A stretch of 32,000 nucleotides of DNA, from contig UROF01000025.1 in NCBI GenBank assembly GCA_900549475.1, positions 5,153-37,152 on the forward strand, read 5' to 3'. Position numbers and translations under genes: made by a program. Within the stretch, counting starts at the first letter, position 1. Each line of letters opens with the position of its first letter. Under the pieces are notes generated by a model, which was given only the letters and a program-made list of their open reading frames with translations, did no database searches and had not been told where the DNA came from. Positions 15,355 to 23,811 of the stretch are shown piece after piece. The stretch is from an uncultured Eubacteriales bacterium. GTDB taxonomy: Bacteria; Bacillota; Clostridia; Oscillospirales; Oscillospiraceae.

Positions 15355-16705
15355 TTACTCCGCCAGACTGCCCCGGCGCTTCCAGCGGCCGGAGAGGAAG
15401 TAGAGCACGGTAGCGATGGAACCAAAGATCCAGCCGATACCAAAGCCATAGTACATATAATCCGGCCCGAAGAAGTGGGCCAGCAGATACACTCCGGGGA
15501 TACGCAGCAGCACCTGACTGGTCACCACCGTCAGCATGGGCACCACGCTCTCGCCCGCCCCCCGCATCACGCTGCACATGGTGAACTGCACCGCAAAGAA
15601 GGGGTAGAAGGGCAGGATACACTGCAGCAGCAGAGCCGCCCCCCGGATGGCCCCCTGGCTGTCGGTAAAGAAGGACGCGGCGGCAAACCGGGCAGGGTAT
15701 AGGATGGCAATGATCAGCACACACCAGGCGATGGAGTAGCAGATACCGGTGAATACGCCCCGGCGGACCCGGTCCTCCTTCTTGGCCCCCACATTCTGCC
15801 CCACAAAGGCGGTAATGGCAGAGGCAATGGCCTGGATGGGCAGGAAGGCCATGCTGTCCAGCTTGTTGCCCACGTTGTAGCCGGCGGCATAGGAGATTGA
15901 CCTGGCTCATGACGGCCATCATGCCCATGGATACGGTGGCAAACTGGATGCCCGCCGGCAGGCCGATGCCCATGATCTTTTTGAACAGGCCCTTGTCAAA
16001 GCGCAGGCAGAAGGGCCGGATGGCAAAGGCGGTATAGTTGCGGTTGATATAGAACACGCCGAAGATCCAGGAGCAGAACTGGGAGATAATGGTGGCGATG
16101 GCCACGCCCGCCACCCCCCAGTGGAACTGGAGGACGAACAGCAGGTCCAGCACGATGTTCATTACCGCCGAAATACCCAGGAACAGCAGGGAGGCCCGGC
16201 TGTTGCCCACTCCCTGGAGGATACCGGAGTTGATATTATAGCCAATGGTACCGATCAGGCCTCCGGACACGATCATCAGGTACAGGTAGGCCTCTCCCAT
16301 GGCGGCGTCCTCCACCCGCATCAGCACCAGTACCGGTCGGGCGATCAGCAGGGCCACCACTGTAATGGGCACCACCGCCAGGGTGAAGAAGGTATAGGTG
16401 GTATCCACCACGTCCCGGATCCGTTCCATCTTCCCAGCGCCGTAGTACTGGGCGATGGTGACGGTGGTACCGTTGCTGAGCCCCATAAAGAGGGACGTGA
16501 ACATAAAGATCACCGGATAGCCGATGCCTACGGCGGCCAGAGCCGCCTCACTGACAAACCGGCCCACCACCCAGCTGTCCACCATGTTGTACAGCTGCTG
16601 CAGCAGGCTCCCCAAAAACATAGGGAAGGCAAAGGCCAGCAAATGGCCGGCGATGCTTCCCTCCGTCATATTCCGCAGCTTGTGGCTGCTTGTCTGTTTC
16701 TCCAT
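15355..16705 (-). pseudogene. MATE-family efflux transporter interrupted by a +1 frameshift
   Basis: The N-terminal part (from the ATG at 16705 after a GGAGGGAG site, MEKQTSS...MGMMAVMSQVN) and the C-terminal part (...GNKLDSMAFLPIQ... ending at 15355) are in different frames. Removing one base near 15895 (minus strand AAT-C-TCC-TAT) restores the expected ...SQVNSYAAGYNVGNKLDS... Confidence 0.85.
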
Positions 16706-16847
16706 CTCTCCCTCCGCCCAGGCGGGGCGCTCCTCTCCCTCAGATTTCTTTCTCCTTCTTATCGTGTATTTCCGCAAATTGCAATTGTTTTCCCCAGGAC
16801 CCCCTGGTATACTGATATCACTATTCCCCACCAAAGGAGAACTGCCC

Positions 16848-17600
16848 ATGAAACTGATTTCCTGGAACGTCAACGGCCTGCGTGCCTGCCTGCAGAAGGG
16901 CTTTCTGGACTTCTGCCGGGACAGCGGCGCCGACATATACTGCCTGCAGGAGACAAAGCTCCAGGCAGGCCAGGCGGAGGTGGACCTGCCCGGTTACCAC
17001 ATGTACTGGAACTACGCCGACAAGAAGGGCTACTCCGGCACCGCCATCTTTACCCGGCAGGAGCCTCTCTCTGTGACCTACGGCTTCGGTGAGGACCTCC
17101 ACCGCCACGAGGGCCGGGTCATTACCGCCGAATTTCCCGACTTCTATCTGGTGTGCTGCTACACCCCCAACGCCCAGGACGGCCTCAAGCGCATCGACTA
17201 CCGCATGCAGTGGGAGGACGACTTCCGCGCCTACCTCACGGAGCTGGATGGGAAAAAGCCGGTGGTCCTCTGCGGCGACCTGAATGTGGCCCACCAGGAG
17301 ATCGACCTGAAGAACCCCGGCCCCAACCGGGGCAACGCCGGTTTCTCCGACGAGGAGCGGGGCAAGATGACGGAGCTGCTCTCTGCCGGATTCGTGGACA
17401 CCTTCCGCCATCTGTACCCGGACCGTACCGGGGCCTACAGCTGGTGGAGCTACCGCTTCAACGCCCGGAAGAACAACGCCGGGTGGCGGATCGACTACTT
17501 TATCGTTTCCCAGCGGCTCACCGACCGGGTGGCAGCAGCGGACATCCTCTCCGATGTGTACGGCAGCGACCACTGCCCGGTACTGCTGGAGCTGAAGTGA
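16848..17600 (+). CDS. xth: Exodeoxyribonuclease III (AP endonuclease, ExoA/Xth family)
   Basis: Diagnostic segments are [26 protein letters not shown] and SDHCPV. Confidence 0.95.
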   Translation: MKLISWNVNGLRACLQKGFLDFCRDSGADIYCLQETKLQAGQAEVDLPGYHMYWNYADKKGYSGTAIFTRQEPLSVTYGFGEDLHRHEGRVITAEFPDFYLVCCYTPNAQDGLKRIDYRMQWEDDFRAYLTELDGKKPVVLCGDLNVAHQEIDLKNPGPNRGNAGFSDEERGKMTELLSAGFVDTFRHLYPDRTGAYSWWSYRFNARKNNAGWRIDYFIVSQRLTDRVAAADILSDVYGSDHCPVLLELK

Positions 17601-17602
17601 GA

Positions 17603-18418
17603 AAACTCCCGGGGCGTCCTGCCCCGGAGCCTCAGCCTCGCACCGGCTGGGCGGATGCAGTCAACCGATGCAGGACTGATTCGCCCGTCGCCGGGCGGGC
17701 AGGAACGCAGCGGGGCCGACTTTAGTCCCGGAGCCCGGGGACTTCCGAAGGAGCCAGAAGCGGCCCTCAGCGCTGTTTTGTCTCCGACGGGTCCACTTTT
17801 GTACGCACAAAAGCGGACGGAAAAAGCGCCAGCCCCCTTCGGGCTGGACCCCCGCTTTTGTCCAATCGGTCATTATCAGATTTGAAACTTCCCTGCCGCT
17901 GAAGCAGCGCTTTTTGGCATCTGATCTGTGGCGGGTTGCTCGTCCAGCTTCGGCTGTCGCCCTGTTAAAGAGACAGGCGAATCTGAGTTTTGTGTCTGGC
18001 CATTGCGCCTATCAAAACTGCGCAGGTTCGCGTCAGCAAAAAAGAAACGCCCCTCAGCCCGAGGGCCGACAGGCGAAGCGGGATACCCACCGCACCGATT
18101 ACGAGGGAACCGTAGGCCCCGCGGAAATTCAATGGCAACCGGGTATCCCCCTTGCAGGCGTCCGATTGGACAAAACGGGGTCCGCAAGGTGAATTGGCCG
18201 AAGGCCAAGAGAGGGTGGCCTGGGCCAGGGGAACCCCGGCGGCGTTTTCACCCGCCCACAGGCGGGCGCTTACGAGGCCAACCGCCGCATGGCGGCGGCT
18301 CTTAGGCCGAGTGGGTTACTTTGCCGCCGAGGGCAAAGTAACCCGTGCCGGAGCACGGAATACCCATAAAACATCCCGAAGGGTTAATAAAGAGACTCTC
18401 AGAGGCCCCCTCCCCTGA
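17603..18418. repeat. Foldback multi-hairpin repeat, copy E (largest and most complete copy)
   Basis: The left arm has H1 at 17791-17818, H2 at 17830-17848 and the core at 17850-17871. The long inner arms run roughly 17891-17965 and 18050-18150. The right arm has the core at 18160-18180, an extra hairpin-rich insertion at 18183-18312 and H1' at 18314-18343. H3, H4 and H5 follow, ending at 18418. Confidence 0.8.
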
Positions 18419-18420
18419 TG

Positions 18421-18460
18421 AAAACAACGAAAAGAGCCGTCCCCGTATGGGGACGGCTCT
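18421..18460 (-). terminator. Intrinsic terminator of rpsT
   Basis: On the minus strand the hairpin AGAGCCGTCCCC-atac-GGGGACGGCTCT is followed by TTTCGTTGTTTT. Confidence 0.85.
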
Positions 18461-18479
18461 CTTGGTTTGCTTGTCAAAA

Positions 18480-18743
18480 TCAGCCGACGCTGTTGAGCTT
18501 CAGAGTCATGGCGCTCTTCTTGTGAGCGGCATTGTTCTTGTGCAGAATGCCCTTGGCAGCGGCCTTATCCACGGCCTTGACTGCGACCTTGTACGCGCCC
18601 TCGGCCTCGGTGCGATTGCCTTCGGCGGCAGCGACCTCAAACTTCTTGACAGCGGTCTTCATGGCGGAACGCTCGGCCTTGTTGCGGGCATTGCGCGCCT
18701 CAGCCACCAGCACGCGCTTCTTAGCGGACTTAATATTCGGCAA
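18480..18743 (-). CDS. rpsT: 30S ribosomal protein S20
   Basis: The sequence PNIKSAKKRVLVAEARNARNKA is typical of S20. A TTG start at 18743 lies 7 nt after a GGAGGAGG site. The GTG at 18752 overlaps the ribosome-binding site. Confidence 0.93.
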   Translation of the reverse strand: MPNIKSAKKRVLVAEARNARNKAERSAMKTAVKKFEVAAAEGNRTEAEGAYKVAVKAVDKAAAKGILHKNNAAHKKSAMTLKLNSVG

Positions 18744-18944
18744 ACCAAACACCTCCTCCAGTGGGATCTATGGGGCAAATGTAACACCCACCCCACGCAG
18801 AAATGTATTTTACCATGGTCTTTTCAAAATTGCAAGGGATTTTTTGAATTTTTTCTACCTTTTTTCACATATTTTCTGCGCCGAAGGACAAAATAAAGGC
18901 GTACTACCAGATTTTGTGTCCGGAAAGGCGGGGTATCACAAATT

Positions 18945-19832
18945 ATGCTGACCATTCGTACCGACCTGGCGGTGGAGGCCCATGCCCTGTGGCGGCGGAA
19001 GGCAGGGGAGACAGCTGCGCTGTCCGGGGTCTCCGCCGGGGAGTCCCTGTGCCGGGGTCTGCCGGTGACCCATGTGGAGATCCTGGATGAGGAGGGCGCC
19101 AACGTCCTGGGCAAGCCCCGGGGCCGCTACTGCACCCTGGACGTATCCGCCCTGTGGCGGCGGAAGGAGGACGCCCCCCGCCGCTGTGCCCTGGCGGTGG
19201 CAGAGCTGCTGGCGCCTCTGCTGCCGGAAGAAGGGCCGATCCTGGCGGCGGGGCTGGGAAACCGGGCCATGACCCCCGACGCCCTGGGCCCCCGGACAGT
19301 GGACCAGCTGCTGGTGACCCGGCATCTCACCGGCGTCCTGCCGGGATTGCGGCCTGTGGCCGCCCTGGCGGCGGGGGTACTGGGAGACACCGGGCTGGAG
19401 GCGGCGGAGTGGGTCCGGGGAGCGGCGGAGCACATCCGCCCCGCCGGGGTGATCGTCATTGACGCCCTGGCGGCAGGTGACCTGGACAGACTGTGCAGCT
19501 CTATTCAGATCTCTGACGCGGGGCTCATTCCGGGCAGCGGCGTGGGAAACCACCGGAAGGCCCTTACCCAGGACGTTCTGGGGGTTCCGGTGATCTCTCT
19601 GGGAGTTCCCACGGTGGTGGACGCCGCCACGGTAGCGGTGCACATTCTGGAGGAGGCGGGGCGGCCGGCGGAGGACTGCGCCGCCCTCCACGGCAAGGGG
19701 GCAAAGCTGTTTGTCACCCCCGACGGCATCGACCGGCAGATCCGGGAGCTGTCGGCGGTACTGGCCCGGGGGATCAGCCTGGCGCTCCAGCCGGGACTGT
19801 CCTATGAGGACCTGGAGGCACTCCTGGCCTGA
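18945..19832 (+). CDS. gpr: GPR endopeptidase (spore germination protease)
   Basis: Diagnostic segments are RTDLAVEA, GLGNRAMTPDALGP, VIVIDALAA and LIPGSGVGN. The gene is divergent from rpsT, as in Bacillus. Confidence 0.92.
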   Translation: MLTIRTDLAVEAHALWRRKAGETAALSGVSAGESLCRGLPVTHVEILDEEGANVLGKPRGRYCTLDVSALWRRKEDAPRRCALAVAELLAPLLPEEGPILAAGLGNRAMTPDALGPRTVDQLLVTRHLTGVLPGLRPVAALAAGVLGDTGLEAAEWVRGAAEHIRPAGVIVIDALAAGDLDRLCSSIQISDAGLIPGSGVGNHRKALTQDVLGVPVISLGVPTVVDAATVAVHILEEAGRPAEDCAALHGKGAKLFVTPDGIDRQIRELSAVLARGISLALQPGLSYEDLEALLA

Positions 19833-19870
19833 ACGGGAACGAAACTGCCTGCAGCAGGATGAGAAAGAGA

Positions 19871-19897
19871 AAAGAGCGCTTTTCAGCGCTCTTTTTC
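19871..19897 (+). terminator. Terminator hairpin of gpr
   Basis: The hairpin is AAAGAGCGC-ttttca-GCGCTCTTT plus additional T residues. The stop codon of the convergent HAD gene lies in the loop. Confidence 0.6.
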
Positions 19898-20725
19898 CAT
19901 TCTCTCCACGATTTCCCCAATGGATCCCTCCAGGCAGTGGCACACCACCGTAGCCCCGGAGGACAGGACCTCCGGCACAGCGTTGGCCGGGCAGAAGGCC
20001 CGGTCTGCCGCTGAGAGCATCGGCAGGTCATTGAGATGGTCCCCGGCGCACAGCAGCGTATGGCAGCCGCACAGATCCCGGAGCTTTCGGGCCATCTCTC
20101 CCTTGTTGGCTCCCTTGGCTGTCAGCTCCAGCAGCTCTCCGCTGGAGAAGATCAATTCGTAATATTCTGTGAGCCCCTCCCGGACCATCTCCGCCCGCAG
20201 GGTGTCCAGCTCCTCCTTGGGCCCCACAAACAGGGCCTTCACCAGGGGACGGGGCACCTTCTCCGGGTCTATGCAGGAGATCTCCTCATACCGGGCTCCT
20301 GTCAGCTTGGCGTGGCGGGCATTCCAGGCTGTAGGCCGCAGGACCTGGACAAAATTGGCGTCCGGGTACAGTTCCACCGCCACCTGGGGGAAACGCTCCG
20401 CTATGGCGGCGATGTGGGTCGGGGCCACGTCCGGCAGGAAGTTTTTCACCACATATTCCCCCCGCTCCAGATCATAGATGGCTCCGCCGTTGTCCACGAT
20501 GATGGGGGCGTTCATCGGTACCTCGTGGGCATGGCGGCGGAACGCCTCCAGGGCCCGGCCGGTTGCCACCGCAAACCGGCCTCCCTCCGCCATCCAGCGA
20601 TGGATACCATCCAGGTTCCTCTGGCTCATGGGGGGCCGGGGGGAACCATCCCGCAGGGCCTCCTCCGTATATAAAAGCGTGTTGTCGTAGTCGCTCAGCA
20701 GCAGCATGCCGTCAAATTTTCCCAT
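19883..20725 (-). CDS. HAD-superfamily hydrolase, Cof-type (HAD-IIB) phosphatase
   Basis: The HAD motifs present are LLLSDYDNTL (motif I), ATGR, KGANKG and GDHLNDLPM (motif IV). Confidence 0.88.
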   Translation of the reverse strand: MGKFDGMLLLSDYDNTLLYTEEALRDGSPRPPMSQRNLDGIHRWMAEGGRFAVATGRALEAFRRHAHEVPMNAPIIVDNGGAIYDLERGEYVVKNFLPDVAPTHIAAIAERFPQVAVELYPDANFVQVLRPTAWNARHAKLTGARYEEISCIDPEKVPRPLVKALFVGPKEELDTLRAEMVREGLTEYYELIFSSGELLELTAKGANKGEMARKLRDLCGCHTLLCAGDHLNDLPMLSAADRAFCPANAVPEVLSSGATVVCHCLEGSIGEIVERMEKER

Positions 20726-20884
20726 GGCGCTCTCCGCCCTTTCTCTCTTGGTTGGTATGCTTTCATGATACCCCCTTTTCTTCTCTTTTGCAATGGCGGA
20801 AACAGAGAGGTATATCCCGGACAGGCCGTGCATACAGTGGGACATGCACCTTGAGAGAGGCACCTATGGAAAGGAAGATGACAC

Positions 20885-22051
20885 ATGACCATCAAACGCA
20901 GGCCCCGGCCCCAGCGGCGGCGGCAGCTCACCGCACTGGCACTGGCCATAGCCATTCCCTGGCTGGTAGCGGTCACCGCCGCCAGCGACACCGGTAAGGC
21001 AGCTCTCAGCGCCCTGGGACAGCAGGGGGACCTGGCACTGCACATCCTGCGGGGACAGCTGGGAGACAGCAGGGAGGAGGATGCCCTTCCCGCCTCTGTA
21101 TCCCTGGCCATCGGCCAGAGCCCGGTCCTGCTGGCAGGAAGGACGGAGATCCTGGATCTGCGGCGCAGTCAGGAGGACGACACCCCCGACAGCCAGCCCC
21201 AGCAGGAGGAGCCGGTCACAGAAACGCCGGAGGAACCGGAGACGCCTCTGGTCTTTGCCGACAACGGCGTTACCGCCCGGACCCTGGTACCTACCTCCAC
21301 TGACGGCTACATCGTCGCTGGGGACGTATATATCAGCAACGGCTCTGTCAACGCCTTTGACGCCTCTCTCTTTGACGGCACCTTTGCCGCCCGGCTGTCG
21401 GAGGAGGAAGGGCCGCAGGTCCTGATTGTACATACCCACGGCAGCGAGGCCTACACCATGCCTCCCGGGGAGGAATACGAGGCCAGCAGCGAGTGCCGCA
21501 CCACCGACTGCAATTACAACGTGGTCAGGGTAGGGGATGAGATCGCTGCTGCCCTGGAGGAAGCAGGCATCAGCGTCATTCACGACGCCACTCTCCACGA
21601 CTATCCCCAGTACAGCGGGGCCTATGACCGATCCCTTGCCACCATCAACAGCTATCTGGAGCAGTATCCCAGTATTTCCTTTGTGCTGGACATTCACCGT
21701 GACGCCATCTCCGACGGGGAGGGGAACATGTACAAGGTGGTCAGCAATGTGGCAGGGGTCAACGCCGCCCAGATGACCTTCGTCATCGGCACCGACGGCG
21801 GCGGCCTGGAGCATCCCAACTGGCGGGAGAACCTGAAGCTGGCGGCAGCGGTGCAGCAGAATCTGCTGGATGACTACCCCACCCTCATGCGGCCCATCAC
21901 TGTCCGGAACTCCCGGTACAACCAGCATGTCACCACCGGGAGCCTCCTGGTAGAAATGGGCGCCGCCGGCAACTCCCTGGACGAGGCCCTGCTCTCTGGT
22001 CGGCTCCTGGGCCAGGCCCTGGCGGAGACCATCCTCTCGGCAGAAGGGTGA
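20885..22051 (+). CDS. spoIIP: Stage II sporulation protein P
   Basis: An N-terminal transmembrane segment is followed by the SpoIIP amidase-like domain, with IVHTHGSEAY, DIHRD and SLLVEMG. Confidence 0.92.
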   Translation: MTIKRRPRPQRRRQLTALALAIAIPWLVAVTAASDTGKAALSALGQQGDLALHILRGQLGDSREEDALPASVSLAIGQSPVLLAGRTEILDLRRSQEDDTPDSQPQQEEPVTETPEEPETPLVFADNGVTARTLVPTSTDGYIVAGDVYISNGSVNAFDASLFDGTFAARLSEEEGPQVLIVHTHGSEAYTMPPGEEYEASSECRTTDCNYNVVRVGDEIAAALEEAGISVIHDATLHDYPQYSGAYDRSLATINSYLEQYPSISFVLDIHRDAISDGEGNMYKVVSNVAGVNAAQMTFVIGTDGGGLEHPNWRENLKLAAAVQQNLLDDYPTLMRPITVRNSRYNQHVTTGSLLVEMGAAGNSLDEALLSGRLLGQALAETILSAEG

Positions 22052-22103
22052 CAATTTACGAAGGTTCTCTTTCTTTTCTTGAAAGAAAAGAAACAAAAGA
22101 ACT

Positions 22104-22288
22104 TTAGGGGCAAACTCCGTTTGCCCTGGAAAGTAACCAGAGAAGCACCCTTGGGGGAGCTCGAGGGGGCGGAGCCCGCCTCGAATCAAATCGAATGCCC
22201 CGCGTCAGCGGCCTGCGCAGCAGGGGTTTTCCCGCCCCGGCGGGAAAATACGGCATTCTTAGGCAAACTCCGTTTGCCCTGGAAAGGT
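22104..22288 (+). repeat. Pair of 25-nt direct repeats, each a small hairpin, within a degenerate relative of the foldback family
   Basis: GGCAAACTCCGTTTGCCCTGGAAAG occurs at 22109-22133 and 22262-22286, with the stem GGCAAAC pairing with GTTTGCC. Nearby, TTTTCCCGCC-ccg-GCGGGAAAA and GAAATATCCCTGTCAAACAGGGCCTGAAAC resemble modules H1 and H4 of the main family. Confidence 0.5.
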
Positions 22289-22384
22289 CAAAAATCCACT
22301 TTCCACAGGGGACGGGTCAAATGGGGAAAAGTCGGAGGATAACCCACTCTTTTTGGGAAATATCCCTGTCAAACAGGGCCTGAA

Positions 22385-22425
22385 ACAAAAAATCACGCCG
22401 GATCTTTCCACAGATCCGGCGTGAT
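22385..22425 (-). terminator. Intrinsic terminator of the PadR-operon membrane protein gene
   Basis: A 14-bp stem ATCACGCCGGATCT pairs with AGATCCGGCGTGAT. On the minus strand it is followed by TTTTTT. Confidence 0.85.
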
Positions 22426-22443
22426 TTGTGTATAGCGTGGGTT

Positions 22444-23811
22444 TTATCCCTGTCTGGGCCGCAGGGAGAGGATCAATTCCCCGTTCTCCCAGCGGACTCT
22501 CCGGAAAGCGGCACTCCTGTTCCGGCAGACAGCGGGGGCCGTCTCCGGCAAACCGCCGTCCCGGAGGGAAGAGAGGGCCAGGCCGATGAGAAACAGATCC
22601 ACCGCCGTATTGACGTTGCCTACCACCAGGGGAAATCCTCCGGGCAGCACCGGCACCCCCAGGGTCAGGCTCAGGCTGGCCAGAGCCTGGACCGCCAGAG
22701 TCGTCAGGACCGCCAGGCACACCGCCCGGCCCAGAGTCTGCCGCAGATGGATGGTTTTCCACAGCAGCCACAGGAAAAAGGCCAGAAACGCCCCCACCAG
22801 CACCAGGAAGGGCAGCCACCCCCAGGTGCAGATCAGGTTTACCAGCAGGGCATCGCCGTCCATCTCAGGGACGGCCTGCTGCAGGGTGAAGCCCTCGGTC
22901 GCCGCCCAGGCAGGGGTATCCGCCGGGCCGATCCACTGGGCCAGCGACAGGGCCTCCCGGAGGATAAACGCAAAATAGCCCTGGTTCGTGGGGCTCAGGC
23001 CCGCGAAGAGGCTATACTGCAGACGCTCCCACCGGGCCGCAATGATCAGGGCCAATACCCCCAAACCCAGCGCCAGCACCAGGACCACGGATTTCCAGCG
23101 GCCCAGGCCCAGCCAGTCCCGCCAGGCGAAGAACAGGCCCAGCACCAGCGCCGCCATCGTCACCTGTACCAGGGCATAGACACTGGGGCACAGGCAGCAG
23201 GCGGCCGCTACAAAGGCCGTCCAGCCCAGGCACAGAGCGGCCCCCCGCCACCGCTTTCCCCGCTGGGTCCATAAAAGCAAAGCCAGGGTCAGGGCAAACA
23301 GGGCCAGCAGCTGGGCGGACAGCCAGGCCGGACCGCTGACCCTCCAGGGCAGGAAGCAGAGAAACCCCACCCCCAGGGCGGCGCAGGCCCACCAGGCCCG
23401 CCGGCCCAGGGCGCTCACATCCAGCAGATACCCGGCGGCCAGGGCTGCCGCCCCCACAAGGCCCCCCAGCAGGTCCATCTGCCGGTCCCACAGACTGATA
23501 TACGGGACATCGGCGGTGAGGGAATACCGCAGAAAGGCCCCCGCCGCCGTCAGCGCCAGAGCCATCAGCAGCAGTCCCCACTGGGGCCGGGGCCGGTGGA
23601 CCCGGTCCAGGTCGGCCCCCAAAATGGCCGGGTCGCCCATCTGCCGCACCGCCTCCACCTGGGCCTTATCCTCGTCCATGCCCTGGGCCATGTAGGCGTC
23701 CCGCTGATCCAGCAGGTGGGTACGGATCTCCTCTGTCAGGGGGGACCGGGCCTTTTTCCAACGGATCTCCGCCCCTACGGCCTCCACAAAAGCGTCGATC
23801 CGGTCAGGCAA
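22444..23811 (-). CDS. Polytopic membrane protein with a PadR-associated N-terminal cytoplasmic domain and a divergent FtsW/RodA/SpoVE (SEDS)-like transmembrane body
   Basis: The TTG start overlaps the padR stop (TTGCCTGA). The N-terminal roughly 70 aa (IDAFVEAVGAEIRWKK...EEIRTHLLDQ...GDP) resemble the prefix domain found on membrane partners of PadR. About 10 transmembrane helices follow. The C-terminal LGVPVLPGGFPLVVGN occupies the position of the SEDS G-x-PLPF-x-SYGGSS motif. Confidence 0.8.
   Translation of the reverse strand: MPDRIDAFVEAVGAEIRWKKARSPLTEEIRTHLLDQRDAYMAQGMDEDKAQVEAVRQMGDPAILGADLDRVHRPRPQWGLLLMALALTAAGAFLRYSLTADVPYISLWDRQMDLLGGLVGAAALAAGYLLDVSALGRRAWWACAALGVGFLCFLPWRVSGPAWLSAQLLALFALTLALLLWTQRGKRWRGAALCLGWTAFVAAACCLCPSVYALVQVTMAALVLGLFFAWRDWLGLGRWKSVVLVLALGLGVLALIIAARWERLQYSLFAGLSPTNQGYFAFILREALSLAQWIGPADTPAWAATEGFTLQQAVPEMDGDALLVNLICTWGWLPFLVLVGAFLAFFLWLLWKTIHLRQTLGRAVCLAVLTTLAVQALASLSLTLGVPVLPGGFPLVVGNVNTAVDLFLIGLALSSLRDGGLPETAPAVCRNRSAAFRRVRWENGELILSLRPRQG

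Noticed and set aside
15272-15895. Continuation of the MATE N-terminal reading frame (the tail of the 554-aa ORF) as real coding sequence.
   Set aside because: After about 15895 this frame encodes Arg/Gly/His/Pro-rich nonsense. The adjacent frame, by contrast, carries clean MATE C-terminal homology. I interpret it as an out-of-frame read-through following a frameshift.
22079-22342. 87-aa ORF with an internal GKLRLPWK duplication.
   Set aside because: The duplication is the translation of the 25-nt nucleotide direct repeat. The ORF has no ribosome-binding site, lies in a hairpin-rich intergenic region and has no recognisable fold.
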